Shown here piece after piece: positions 52,101-62,353 of a stretch of DNA of 64,000 bases. Made by a program: the position numbers and the translations under genes. Source of the DNA: an uncultured Gemmatimonadales bacterium (GTDB taxonomy: Bacteria > Gemmatimonadota > Gemmatimonadetes > Gemmatimonadales > GWC2-71-9); NCBI GenBank assembly GCA_963771275.1, contig CAVYSW010000011.1:1-64000 (forward strand), written 5' to 3'. Under the pieces are notes generated by a model that was not told the DNA's origin, did not search any database, and saw nothing but the letters and a program-made list of their open reading frames with translations. Each line of letters begins with the position of its first letter. The first letter of the stretch is position 1.

Positions 52101-54876
52101 GCCCGATCGCGAGCGCTACGCCGTGGGCGACACCGCCACCGTGCTGCTCGCCTCCCCCTTTACCGACGTCGAGGCCTGGGTCACGGTGGAGCGCGAGGGC
52201 ATCATCGAGCAGCGCCGGCTCCGCATCACCGCCGGCACCACCACGCTCACGTTCCCGATCACCGAGGCCTACGCGCCCAACGTCTTCGTGTCGGTGCTCG
52301 TCTCCAAGGGACGCACGGCGGCGCCTGCTGGCCTCGACGATCCGGGCCGGCCGGCGATCCGCGTGGGGTACGCCGAGCTGCGGGTGACGCCGGAGGTAAA
52401 GCGGCTCGCCGTAGCCGTGACGCCGCTCGCCGCGGAGTACCGTCCGGGCGACACCGCGCGGGTCCGCCTGGCCGTGACCGACGCGGCGGGCCGGGGGCAC
52501 CGCAGCGAGGTGACGCTCTGGGCGGTGGACGAGGGCGTCTTGGCCCTCACCGGCTATGAGACGCCGGATCCGATCGATCTGTTGTACCGCCCGCGCGGTG
52601 TCGGCCTGCGACTCGGCAGCAACCTCGTGGCCGTGGCGCCGCAGCTCGCACTGCAGCCGGGAACCGTCATGCTCGAGAAGGGTGCCGCACCGGGCGGCGG
52701 CGGCGGGCTGGACGTCGCCGGCATTCTCCGCTCGCGCTTCGCGTCCACCGCGTTCTTCCTCGGCTCGGTCGTCACGAACGACCGGGGCGAGGCGGTCGCC
52801 GCGGCGAAGCTCCCCGACAACCTCACGACGTTCCGCGTGATGGCGGTGGCGCTCACGACGCGTGACCGCTATGGGCATGGGAAATCACCGCTCCTGGTGA
52901 CGCGCCCACTGCTCGCGCGGCCCGCCCTGCCGCGGTTCGTGCGGGAGGGTGACCGGTTCGAGGCAGGCGCCGTGATCAACCACCGGCTGGGCCGCTCGGC
53001 GGACGTTACCGTCGAGGCGGAAGCGCGCGGCATCGCGCTCGACGGGAGCAGGCGCACGCGGGTGCAGCTCGCAGGCGGCCGCGCGCAGGAGGTCCGCTTC
53101 CCGTTCACCGGGCAGGACGGCGACACGGCCGTGTTCCGGTTCAAGGTGTCGAGCGGCGCCGAGGCTGACGCCGTCGAGGCGCGCGTCCCGATCCGGCCGG
53201 CGTTCCATGTCCGGAGTCATACGATCGCCGGCGTGCTGCACGACCGGGATTCGGTGACGTTCGCGCTCCCATCCGACATCGATCCCGCCCGCTCCCGGCT
53301 CGCCGTCCGGCTTGGCGTATCGCCGCTGTCCGTGATCCGGGCGATGTACGCGCGCATGCGGGTCTACCCGTACTACTGCAGCGAGCAGATCACCAGCGTC
53401 GCCCTGCCGCTGATCGCGCTGCTCGACGCCGCCCGCACGCTGGGCGACAGCACCGTGGCGCCGCGCACCGCCCGGGCGGACCTCGAGCAGGCGGTCCGTG
53501 TTCTCACGCGCCGGCAGCGCGCCGACGGCGGCATCGGCTACTGGGGCGCCGACGAGTGGACCAGCCCGTGGCTCACCGCGTACGCGGGGATCGCCTTGCT
53601 CGGCGCGCGCGACCTCGGTGTCGCCGTGTCCGACTCGGTGCTCCCCGCCATCGCCGCCTACCTCACGCGCGCGCTGCGCCGCCCGGAGGTGCAGTTCGCC
53701 TGGCTCGGCCCGTCCTTCCGACGCGAGCCGATCGCGCTCGGCGAGCAGCTGGCCGCGCTCGACTTCCTGGCCCGCTACGGCGCGTTCGACGCCGCGGCCG
53801 CCAACCGCCTGCGCGAGATCGCCCCCCGGCTGAGCCTGGCCGACCGCGCTCGGCTCGCCGACGTGCTCACCCGCGCCGGCCGCGTCGCCGACGCGCGGCA
53901 GATTCTCGAGCGCATCTGGAGCGCCACCACGGTGGAAGGACGCCGCGCCGTGCTCCCGCGTGACACCGCGTGGACGTTCTACTTCTGGTCACGCACGCGC
54001 GCGCCGGCCGCCGTGCTCGCCGCCACCGCCCGGCTGCAGCCGGACCACCCGTTGGTGGGTCCGCTGGTGGAAACGCTGCTCGGCGCCGTACGGGCGCAGC
54101 CGTGGTGGAGCACCCAGGACGTCGGCGCGGCCGTGCCCGCGCTCGCGCAGCTGGAGCGGGCCTGGCGCGCCGCGGGCGACCGCGGGCTCCGCGTCCGCGT
54201 CGGCGGCCGCATGCTGGCGCTCCCGGGTGATTCCGCCATCGCGCTCGGCGGCCTGCTCAGCGGTCGGGGTGACGAGCCCCGCGGACTCACCGTGCGGCTC
54301 GAAGCGCAACGCGAAGGGCCGGCCGTGTTCTACGACGTCACGGTCGAGGAAGTCCCGTCACGGCAGCCCGTGCGGCCCGACGACGCCGGGATTCGCGTCG
54401 AGCGGTGGTACGAGTCGCTCCGGGGCGGCGACCCCGTGACGAGCGTCGCGGCGGGGGAGATCGTGCGGGTGAAGCTCCGCGTCACGGTCCCGACCGAGCG
54501 GCAGTTCGTCGTGCTCGACGATCCGCTGCCCGGCGGGCTCGAGGCGGTGGACGTGAGTCTCAGGACACAGGGCGAGCTGCCCGGCGTCGAGGCCGACCGC
54601 GCGGGACGCGAGCGGACCGAGCCCCGGAGCCACGACTTCGGCATGTGGTGGGGCGAGTGGTGGTCGCCGTTCGATCACCGCGAGATCCGAGACGACCGCG
54701 TCGTGTTCGCCGCGACCCGGCTCCCGCCCGGCACGTACTACGCGACCTACGTCGCGCGCGCGACGACGCCGGGTACGTTCGTTCGACCGCCGGCGTTTGC
54801 CGAAGAGATGTACAACCCGGCGGTGCAAGGCCGCACCGACGGCGGGACGTTCACGGTGGCGGCCCCGGCGCGATGA
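49195..54876 (+). CDS. Bacterial alpha-2-macroglobulin
   Basis: 1893 aa; FTERGIYRPG, EYRPPEF, AVDEGVL, RFAST, PDNLTTFRV, thioester YPYYCSEQ, WSTQD, AEEMYNP. Confidence 0.95.
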   Translation: MLSPRLLALSLAAAAFQGNGSDDLQVLRHLPQDDAAPTAVILITFDRPVAEDLDRSVPAASVLSIEPAVSGKADWRDPVTLRFTPSELLPIGTRYTVSVSNAFTASDGSRLAEPYRFVFRVRGPSVLANSIATLGDAAQYVDTRPRIALVMSGPGDFQLLTRTAWIELAPQCGGERVVRLTLVGDRAIDDRDPWQYRRWTRDDDTGDRGDRVRLVELAPVRALPRDCAAVLNLPQRADTELPGEPRRWAFHTYGPLRLLEARCGTERWCATGPLRLRFSTPVRGAALAAALRLTPPAAILWNDTAAERSEWWLSGELKPRTTYIVVLDSALRDVFGQRLGPVEGQVARTTGYTPYVQYPLGRLLVERAASRTLALTYMNVGTVVAATTPIPDSLLPELLGRPWGHAELLAQLGGSRIDTLAVQHQNDRAGIAVLQLPAWNAQRPASPGLVAVQADTSLKDLRRAPVALVQVTDLAVHARLGLADGAVWVVGAGDGRPRQGADVTLYDGHGRVRLRGTTDAQGLVRFPALPPQPPDTADAEADWYRRSFDGYVTAVLGNDRAIATLSQSDWELNPWRFNVRGAWGGERAPVAAAVFTERGIYRPGEIVHAKLIVRRGLLGTLAPPAAGDSARVKFTDREGETVRDTVVRLSEFGTADEALTVPDGAALGSYQVEVAAVADGQWSWIGNAGYRVAEYRPPEFLADARAADTVRLAGDSLTVTIDGRYLFGAPMAGAALQWALTRTSVTPWELRIPGTERFSLTEARWWWEETSSFPAVVAQGADSLDADGALSLTQALPPAEAGQPYRATVTATIMDVNRQTASASAGALVHPAAFYLGARAAGDEYFWRAGRPHEAEVIAVRPNGARVPGVAVTGVLVRREWHRVRRERGGYSEIVGEWVADTVGTCAVTTTADGPARCRVSPTAAGQYTLRFTAVDPAGHAVAAGLYRWVTGADWVPWFDETQLKMDVVPDRERYAVGDTATVLLASPFTDVEAWVTVEREGIIEQRRLRITAGTTTLTFPITEAYAPNVFVSVLVSKGRTAAPAGLDDPGRPAIRVGYAELRVTPEVKRLAVAVTPLAAEYRPGDTARVRLAVTDAAGRGHRSEVTLWAVDEGVLALTGYETPDPIDLLYRPRGVGLRLGSNLVAVAPQLALQPGTVMLEKGAAPGGGGGLDVAGILRSRFASTAFFLGSVVTNDRGEAVAAAKLPDNLTTFRVMAVALTTRDRYGHGKSPLLVTRPLLARPALPRFVREGDRFEAGAVINHRLGRSADVTVEAEARGIALDGSRRTRVQLAGGRAQEVRFPFTGQDGDTAVFRFKVSSGAEADAVEARVPIRPAFHVRSHTIAGVLHDRDSVTFALPSDIDPARSRLAVRLGVSPLSVIRAMYARMRVYPYYCSEQITSVALPLIALLDAARTLGDSTVAPRTARADLEQAVRVLTRRQRADGGIGYWGADEWTSPWLTAYAGIALLGARDLGVAVSDSVLPAIAAYLTRALRRPEVQFAWLGPSFRREPIALGEQLAALDFLARYGAFDAAAANRLREIAPRLSLADRARLADVLTRAGRVADARQILERIWSATTVEGRRAVLPRDTAWTFYFWSRTRAPAAVLAATARLQPDHPLVGPLVETLLGAVRAQPWWSTQDVGAAVPALAQLERAWRAAGDRGLRVRVGGRMLALPGDSAIALGGLLSGRGDEPRGLTVRLEAQREGPAVFYDVTVEEVPSRQPVRPDDAGIRVERWYESLRGGDPVTSVAAGEIVRVKLRVTVPTERQFVVLDDPLPGGLEAVDVSLRTQGELPGVEADRAGRERTEPRSHDFGMWWGEWWSPFDHREIRDDRVVFAATRLPPGTYYATYVARATTPGTFVRPPAFAEEMYNPAVQGRTDGGTFTVAAPAR

Positions 54877-57143
54877 CGGCGATCCGGCGGGTGCTGCTCG
54901 GCGCCGCCGCCGCCGCGGCGGTGGGCGGAGCCGCGGTCATCGCATGGGTCGCGTGGCCACTCCCCGCGGGCCCGCTCGCCCCGCCGGCGACGACCAGCCT
55001 CACCGTGCTCGACCGGTTCGGGCAGCCGCTCCGCATCGGTCGCGCCGGCGACGAGGCCGACCGGCGCTGGATCCCGCTCGACGAGGTGGACCCCGACCTG
55101 CTCCGCGCATTCATCGCGCTCGAGGACCACCGCTTCACCGCGCATTCCGGGGTCGATCCCCGGGCCGTCCTGCGTGCCGCGCGCGCGAACTGGCGCGCCG
55201 GCCGCGTGGTCTCCGGCGCGTCGACCATCACCATGCAGCTCGCACGGCTGGTCCGGCCCCTTCCCAGGAACTGGGCGGGCAAGGCGCGTCAGGCGCTCTG
55301 GGCCCTGCGGCTCGACGCGCACCTCACGAAGCAGCAGATCCTCGAGCAGTACCTCAATCGCGTACCGCTGGGACAGGGCACGATCGGGATCGCGGCGGCG
55401 GCGGACCTCTACTTCGACGCGAGCGCGCGCCAGCTGAGCCTGGGCCAGGCGGTGCTGCTCGCGGGCCTCGCCACCGCCCCCTCGCGCGACAACCCGATGG
55501 TGGATCGCGCCCGCGCCACCCGACTCCGCGCCGCGGCGCTCGGACGGATGCGGGCCAGGAGCATGGTAACCGAGGCGGACAGCGCGCGTGCCGCCGCCGA
55601 GCCGGTCGTCACCGCGCGGCCGCCGACGTTCGACGCGCCGCACTTCACGACGCGGGTGCTGGGCGAAGCGGCGGGAACGGCAGGAGCGGCCGAGATACGG
55701 ACCACGCTGGATCGCGCGCTGCAGACCGAGATCGAGTCGGAAGTCCGGCACACTGTGGCGACGCTGGCGGAGCGCGGCGGGCATGACGCCGCGGCCGTCG
55801 TGCTCGACAACCGGTCGGGCGAGGTGCTCGCCTGGGTGGGCTCACCCGACTTCTGGAGCGACGCGGCCGGTCAGGTGGACATGGTGACGTCCCCCCGGCA
55901 GCCGGGCTCGGCGCTGAAGCCATTCCTCTACGGGCTGGCCTTCGACCACGGCGAGACACCCGCCTCCGTGCTGCCGGACGTGGCTCGCAGCTACGTCACC
56001 CCGGCCGGCGTGTACGCCCCCCGCAACTACGATCGCCGGTTTCACGGACCGGTGCGCGCGCGCGAAGCGTTGGCAAGCTCGCACAATGTGCCGGCGGTGG
56101 AGCTGACGCATCGGCTGGGCATCGGGGCCCTGCTCGAGACACTCCACCGCGCGGGCTTCGCGTCGCTCGCCGGCTCGGCCGATCACTACGGGCTGGGGCT
56201 CGCGCTGGGGAATGGCGACGTCACGCTCATCGAGCTGGCCAACGGCTACCGCACATTGGCGAACGGCGGCGTGTGGTCACCGTGGACGTGGCACCCCGCG
56301 GGCTCCGCGCCGCCCGGTCCCGAGTCGCGCGTCATGTCGCCCGTGGCCGCCGCCCTGGTGCTCGACATCCTCGCCGATCCGGTGGCGCGGATGCCGGGGT
56401 TCGGGCCGGAGACGCCGTTCGCCTTCCCGTTCTCGGCCGCGGTGAAGACCGGCACGAGCCGGAACTTCACCGACAACTGGGCGGTCGCGGTCACCGGTCG
56501 CTTCACCGTGGCCGTCTGGGTGGGCGACGCTGCCGGCCGCCCGATGGAGCGGGTGAGCGGCGTGAGCGGCGCCGGCCCGCTGCTGCAGCGCGCGGTGCTG
56601 CGCACGGCGCAGCGTTACGCACCCGGCGTGCTCCCCACCCCGGCGGAGTCGGGCGCGCGGCGGGTCCGGATCTGCGCGCTGTCCGGCGGCCTGGCCACCG
56701 ATCGCTGCCCGGGCATCCCCGAGTGGGTTCCAGCGGCCGCCCAGCTTACGCCGTGCACGTGGCACCGGCCGGAGGGGACCGTGCTGCCAGAGGCCTACGC
56801 CGAGTGGGCGGCGGGGCTGGATCGGGGGCGTTCAGGCGACGCGGGGGCCGCGCTGGCGGGTGGACACCCCACTCCGCCGCCCACTGCGGTCGACGCTGCG
56901 CGCGCCATCCGCATTCTCTCGCCGCTCGACGGCGACCGCTACAGCGTCCCCGCCGGCACCGATCCGCAGTACGCCACGGTGGCGCTCCGCGCCGTGACGC
57001 GTGAGCCGGCGGGGCCCGTCCGCTGGTTCGTGGACGGACGGCTGATTCGGACGGAACGCTGGCGTCTCGTCGTGGGGGAGCACACCGTGCGCGCGGTCGC
57101 GGCGGACGGGGCCAGCGACCAGGTGCGGATTGTGGTCGAGTGA
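54873..57143 (+). CDS. pbpC: Penicillin-binding protein 1C
   Basis: ATGA-coupled to A2M; EDHRF, GASTITMQ, SALK, SHN, KTG; C-terminal BiPBP-like domain. Confidence 0.93.
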   Translation: MTAIRRVLLGAAAAAAVGGAAVIAWVAWPLPAGPLAPPATTSLTVLDRFGQPLRIGRAGDEADRRWIPLDEVDPDLLRAFIALEDHRFTAHSGVDPRAVLRAARANWRAGRVVSGASTITMQLARLVRPLPRNWAGKARQALWALRLDAHLTKQQILEQYLNRVPLGQGTIGIAAAADLYFDASARQLSLGQAVLLAGLATAPSRDNPMVDRARATRLRAAALGRMRARSMVTEADSARAAAEPVVTARPPTFDAPHFTTRVLGEAAGTAGAAEIRTTLDRALQTEIESEVRHTVATLAERGGHDAAAVVLDNRSGEVLAWVGSPDFWSDAAGQVDMVTSPRQPGSALKPFLYGLAFDHGETPASVLPDVARSYVTPAGVYAPRNYDRRFHGPVRAREALASSHNVPAVELTHRLGIGALLETLHRAGFASLAGSADHYGLGLALGNGDVTLIELANGYRTLANGGVWSPWTWHPAGSAPPGPESRVMSPVAAALVLDILADPVARMPGFGPETPFAFPFSAAVKTGTSRNFTDNWAVAVTGRFTVAVWVGDAAGRPMERVSGVSGAGPLLQRAVLRTAQRYAPGVLPTPAESGARRVRICALSGGLATDRCPGIPEWVPAAAQLTPCTWHRPEGTVLPEAYAEWAAGLDRGRSGDAGAALAGGHPTPPPTAVDAARAIRILSPLDGDRYSVPAGTDPQYATVALRAVTREPAGPVRWFVDGRLIRTERWRLVVGEHTVRAVAADGASDQVRIVVE

Positions 57144-57194
57144 CTGCAGATTGCAGACTGTAAAACACAATCTGCAATCTTCAATCTGCCATCA
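57141..57194. repeat. Inverted pair of 7-bp arrays (GATTGCA)n ... (CAATCTG)n
   Basis: TGACTGCAGATTGCAGACTGTAA-AACA-CAATCTGCAATCTTCAATCTGCCATCA. It spans the whole gap and touches both stop codons. Confidence 0.8.
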
Positions 57195-60100
57195 GAACCG
57201 TATCTCCACTCCCAGCCGCATGTGCCGCGGCGCACCCAGGAAGGCCCACGGGCCGTAGAACAGGTCGTACAGCGCGCCGAATGCCGCCCGCCACTCGGCT
57301 TCGTCATACAGCCCGTCGCCGTCGCCCCAGCGCGCTTCCGCTTTGCGCAGCAGCACGCAGTTCACGGGGCCGCCGGGCCACGTATCGCAACCGCTGCGCA
57401 GATCCGCCGCCATCAGCGTCTCGCCGTTCTTCGTGACCGTAGTCAGGTAGCCACCCGCCTCCTGTTGGAGCCGCGCGATCTCACCTGCCTCGAATCGCTC
57501 CCGATGCAGATCGTTCGTCGTGGTGCCGGTCTCCGCGAAGACTCGCAGCGTGTTGGTGAAGCCGAACAGGTTCCGGAAATCGCCGAATACGCTCCAGCTG
57601 AGCCCGCTGATGCGCATCCGCTTGCTCACACGGAGGTCCAGCTCCTTGATCGCAGGCGTCCGGGAGGATCCGACCGGCTCGGCCTGCGTGCCCGATACAT
57701 AGGGGCTGATCGTGCCGAGGCCCTCGTTGTGGAGACGGGTGTACGAGGTTCCCGACGCGATGCGGAACTGCGCTGACAGTTCCCCACCACTCGCCAGACT
57801 CGCCAGCCAGCCGCCGCCGGCCCCGGGGGCCCGCAACCAGACGCGCCCCGCCACGCTGTGCTCGCGATCCGGGTTCGCATCGAACGTTCGGTTGGCGTCC
57901 TGGAGACTGTACCCGATGCGGGCGTCGAGCCACTCGCCCGCCCGACCAATGATCCCAACGTCGAGACCCTTGATGGTCGCGGCAGTCACGTTCGCGGCGA
58001 CGAGGACGTTCATGGTCTTGTCGGTTGCCGGATCGTAGTACTCGCGGATCCGGTACTCGACCTCATCGTCTCTCGTCTTGAGATAGCCCGCCACGTCGAG
58101 CAGCAGGTAGCGCCCCACCGCGCCGCGAGCCCCCACCTCCATCACCCACGACCGCGGGCTCGCCAGGTCCCTGCTGAACCCGTCCAGCGTCGACGAGAAG
58201 GCGAGATCCTGGTTCTTCGCCCCGTACAGGACGCTCGTCCCGGGAGGCTGCACCTGGCGCGCGATCGCGAGCCGCAGCCCCACCCCAGGGATGCCCGCGT
58301 ACGCGAGCCGCAGGCGCGGCGAGACCACGCTGCGCGCCGCGGCGGGCGCAAAGACCGAGTCCGCCGGGTCTGTTGGATCGCTGGGGTCGAAGCGCGGGTG
58401 CGTGAAGATCCGACCCGGCACCACTGGATAGCTGGTGTTGGGATCGAACCGATCCCACCGGAGTCCGGCCTCCAGCACGACCGCTCCAGGGGTGAACCGA
58501 TAGTCCGCGAACAGACCCGCCTGGCGCGGCGCCTCCGCATAGAGGCTCATGTCGATCTGACTGACGAGGCGCCCGTTGAAGAAGCTCACCCGCGAGGTCT
58601 CGAGCTCGGCGCCGCCGCGCACGCGATGCCGCGCCGACGGCTGCCAATCGGCGTACCCGCGCGCGATCCAGTGCCGGAAGTCGGCCAAAGTCGTCAGCGG
58701 GTACCCCGTCTCCAGCCCGCTCGTGGGGAGACCGGTGGCGACCGCCCACGGGTTCATCCGGTAGGCCTGCCCGGCGGTCAGGTCGGTGCGATTCCAATAC
58801 GGCACCCGTGTCCCGGCATTGGTCCAGGTGTTGGCCACGAGCCGGTCCCAATCGGCGTCGCTCGTGAGCCGGGCGACCGCCCCGGCTCCCGTGTCGGCCG
58901 AGAAGTGATCGAAGTCGACCAGGAACTGTATCGGGTCCAGCACGATCCCGCTCGACGGCCTCTCGTGCGCCGCCGACCACCCGACATCCAGCACGCCGCT
59001 CACCAGCCGGTCCACCTGGCGGGAGAGCGCGACGTGCACCGTCACCGCGCTCGGCAGCCGCTGCTCCCAGTTCAGCACGAAAGCGGTGCCCGTCCGCCGG
59101 GTCCCGGTGTACGCCTCCCGGTCGAACGCGAGCGAGCCCCGGGCCACGTCTGTCCCTGCGAGAGGTCGTGGAACACGGTGAGCCCGACGCGCGAGCCGGC
59201 ACCGTAGCGCCAGTCGGCCCGTCCGCTCAGGGTGAGCGCCGTGCTCCAGTCGTCCGGGAACCGCCGTCCGTGGCAGGCGGTGTCGAAGTTGTCGGTGGAC
59301 GCGCAATCTCCGCTGTACTGGATGAACTTGGGGATCGTGACTTGCTGTGTCCCGTCGGGCGTCACCTCCGTGACGGTGGTGTCGACGCCGCCCGGAACAT
59401 AGGCCCGCACGTCCGCCGTGCCGGCCCCTTGGGGCACGGCGCTCTCGCCCTGGAGCGTCGCCGAGGCGAACACGCGCAGCCGGCCGAACGGTGAGCCCCC
59501 GCCGAACGCCTCAAATCGGTTGAACCCGATGCTGGTGCCGCTCCCGAACATCGCGTCGGTCGCGCCCGTGAAGCCGGCGTGCCACCGTGAGCCTCCCGAG
59601 CGCGACACCAAATTGATGACGCCCGACTGCGCGTTCCCGAACGGGGCCGACAGCGGCCCGTTGAACAGGATGACTTCCTCGAGGGCGTTGGTGCCCGGCC
59701 CGAAGCCGAACGCGCGGCCCGGCGCGATCCTGAAGGGGACGCCGTCGAGGTAGACCGGCGCCTCGCCGCTTCTCCCGGCCCGCACGATGGGGCCGTCGCC
59801 GTCGTCGGTCTCGACCACGCCGACCGCGGTACGCAACGCGCCGCGAATGTCGTCCACCGGAAGGGCGCGCAGCGCCTCACCGGTCAGCGTCACGCGTGAG
59901 GTCGGGTCGAGCAGCTCGCTCCGCCCGGGAACGGCGACGATGCGCGACCCGCCAGCCTCGATCCGGAAGTCGAGTCGAGTCGCCAGATCCGCGTGGACCC
60001 GCACCTCGGCAACGTCGAGGGCGAGACCGCCGGGAGCCTCGACCCGCACGTCGTGCGTCCCCACTGGGAGATCCGGCAGAACGTAGGAGCCCCGCGCGTC

Positions 60101-60289
60101 GGACCGGACCGAGAAGCCCAAGGCCGGCACCGCGATCGCGACACCGGCCACCGGGCGCCCGCCTTCGTCCGTGACGCGGCCCGCCAGCGCGCCGACGATG
60201 CCCTGGCCCTCGAGCGTGATCGGGAACATCAGGAACGCCGCAACCACCGCACCCCGCATCACCACGAACCGCGCACGCGCTGGACGCAT
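57192..60289 (-). CDS. TonB-dependent receptor with N-terminal carboxypeptidase-like domain (frameshift near 59140)
   Basis: Signal peptide; plug VRAGR...YLDG...SAPFGNAQSGVIN; AGLRWD, SPRL; C-terminal PRHMRLGVEIRF. Confidence 0.9.
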
Positions 60290-60384
60290 GAGGGACTCCT
60301 CCGTGCGGCAAAGGAACGGCCGTCAGGAACGCCCTTGCTATATGCGCGGCGGTCCGGCCCGCCACAAGACTATCTTCCACCCCC

Positions 60385-61026
60385 ATGACAACCGGCCGGG
60401 TCTCGACCTACCTGTTCGACCTCGACGGGACCCTGATCGACTCGATCGATCTCATCCTCGCCTCGTACCGCCACACGATGGTGGCCCACGGGCAGGACCC
60501 GCGCGACGACCGCTTCTGGCTCACGGGTCTCGGTACCCCGTTGTCGGCCCAGTTCCGCCGCGTGAGCGACGATGCCGACGGGGTCGAGGCGATGGTCGAG
60601 ACGTATCGGGAGTACAACCTCGCCAACCACGACCGTCTGGTGCGGCCGTACGACGGCATCGCGGCGGCGGTGGCCACGCTCGCGCGGCGCGGCACGCTCG
60701 GCCTCGTCACGAGCAAGGCCCACACCGGCGCGGAGCGCGGCCTTCGGCTGGTCGGGCTGGATCGCTTCTTCCCGGTGATCGTCGGCGTCGAAGACGTCGC
60801 CCGCCACAAGCCCGACCCCGAGCCGGTCCGCCGGGCGATCGAGCTGCTCGCCGCCAATCCGGCAACCACCGTGTTCGTCGGCGATTCCCCGCACGACATG
60901 GCGGCGGGCCGGGCCGCGGGCGTCCGCACCGCGGCAGCGCTGTGGGGTCCGTTCAGCCGGGCCGAGCTCGAGCCCCACGCGCCGGATTCCTGGCTGGCGA
61001 GTCCGGCGGATCTCCTGGCGCTGTGA
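60385..61026 (+). CDS. HAD-IA family phosphatase (PpaX/Gph-like)
   Basis: FDLDGTLIDS, VTSK, KPDP, VGDSPHD. Confidence 0.92.
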   Translation: MTTGRVSTYLFDLDGTLIDSIDLILASYRHTMVAHGQDPRDDRFWLTGLGTPLSAQFRRVSDDADGVEAMVETYREYNLANHDRLVRPYDGIAAAVATLARRGTLGLVTSKAHTGAERGLRLVGLDRFFPVIVGVEDVARHKPDPEPVRRAIELLAANPATTVFVGDSPHDMAAGRAAGVRTAAALWGPFSRAELEPHAPDSWLASPADLLAL

Positions 61027-61166
61027 CGACCGCGCTCCTGTCCGGACCCGCCTGACGTTCAAACCCCGCGGACGCTCTGCGTGTCAAACCCGGAGCCGCA
61101 GGAAGCGTCAGGGGTAGAGGGGAAGTGGGGCAAGTGCGAGGAAAACAGGTACCGGGAGGACGGACC

Positions 61167-62246
61167 ATGTGGTTCTCAACGAGACAACTCCGGGCATTGC
61201 TGCTGCCGGCTGCAACCGGCCTGGCCGTCGCCGCGATCGCGGCCGCGCCGGCCTCGGCGCAGGGCGTCGAGCGGTTTCAGGTGGCCGGTGACAGGGTCGC
61301 GATCTATAACCTGGCCGGCATCGCCACGCTCGAGCCGGGCACGGGTTCCGCGGTGGTGGTCGAGGTCAGGCGTGGCGGCAAGGATGGCGCCCGCCTCACG
61401 ATCGAGCAGGGGCCGATCGAGGGCGTCGCCACGCTGCGGGTCGTGTACCCGGACGATCAGATCGTCTACGCTCCGGCGAGCGGGACCTGGCACGGCTCGT
61501 CGAACACCAGCGTCCAGGACGACGGGACGTTCGGCGATGGCGGCCGCAGGGGCCGCGAGGTCCGGATCCGTTCCTCGGGGAGCGGCATGGAGGCGTGGGG
61601 CGATCTCCACGTCGCCGTGCCGCGGGGGCAGCGGCTCGATCTCCATCTCGTCGTAGGTGAGATGAAGGTGACCAACGTCAACGGCACGCTGTTCCTCGAT
61701 GGCGGTGCCACGAACGCAACGACCACCGGTACGACGGGCAGTCTCTCCGTCGACGTCGGCTCCGGCAACGTGCGCGTGACCGGCGCCACGGGCGACCTCA
61801 AGGTGGACACCGGATCGGGCGACGTCTGGATCGACGGAGCCGGGGGCGGCGACGTCTGGGTGGACACGGGCTCCGGCAACATCTCGCTTGGCCAGGTGGA
61901 GGCGGGGACCGTTCGCCTCGATACGGGCTCGGGAACCGTGGACGGCGTCCAGGTCAGCGCGGACAATCTGACCGTCGATACCGGGAGCGGTGACGTGACC
62001 CTCTCGTTCGACGGCACGCCGAAAGACGTCGCGGTCGATGCCGGATCCGCCACGGTGGCGCTGACGTTCCCCTCCAACTACGCCGCCGCGGTGGACCTCG
62101 AGACGAGCTCGGGCAATCTGACGGTGGACTTCCCGCTCCGGGTCAATCTGCGCGAGCGGGGCCGCGTGACCGGCGCGATCGGCAGCGGCGTCGCCCGCCT
62201 CCATGTCGACACCGGCTCCGGGGACATCCAGATCAAGCAGCGCTGA
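61167..62246 (+). CDS. DUF4097 beta-strand repeat protein, secreted
   Basis: GGAGG RBS; signal peptide; about 8 repeats of VDTGSGDV. Confidence 0.9.
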   Translation: MWFSTRQLRALLLPAATGLAVAAIAAAPASAQGVERFQVAGDRVAIYNLAGIATLEPGTGSAVVVEVRRGGKDGARLTIEQGPIEGVATLRVVYPDDQIVYAPASGTWHGSSNTSVQDDGTFGDGGRRGREVRIRSSGSGMEAWGDLHVAVPRGQRLDLHLVVGEMKVTNVNGTLFLDGGATNATTTGTTGSLSVDVGSGNVRVTGATGDLKVDTGSGDVWIDGAGGGDVWVDTGSGNISLGQVEAGTVRLDTGSGTVDGVQVSADNLTVDTGSGDVTLSFDGTPKDVAVDAGSATVALTFPSNYAAAVDLETSSGNLTVDFPLRVNLRERGRVTGAIGSGVARLHVDTGSGDIQIKQR

Positions 62247-62247
62247 G

Positions 62248-62344
62248 GATGGCCGATCGCCGATAGGCCGATAGCCGATCGCAGCGGTTCGCAGTCGCGG
62301 ATCGCGTACTTCCGTCGGCCATCGGCTATCGGCCATCGGCTATC
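62248..62344. repeat. Inverted pair of 7-bp arrays (CGATRGC)n ... (GCYATCG)n
   Basis: GATGGCCGATCGCCGATAGGCCGATAGCCGATCGC ... GTCGGCCATCGGCTATCGGCCATCGGCTATC. Confidence 0.8.
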
Positions 62345-62353
62345 TTTCCCCCC

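Noticed and set aside
49162..52878. 1238-aa antisense ORF (also 1575-3944, 10883-12340, 12422-14161 and others)
   Set aside because: These are shadow ORFs opposite well-supported genes, expected in high-GC DNA, and have no recognisable motifs.
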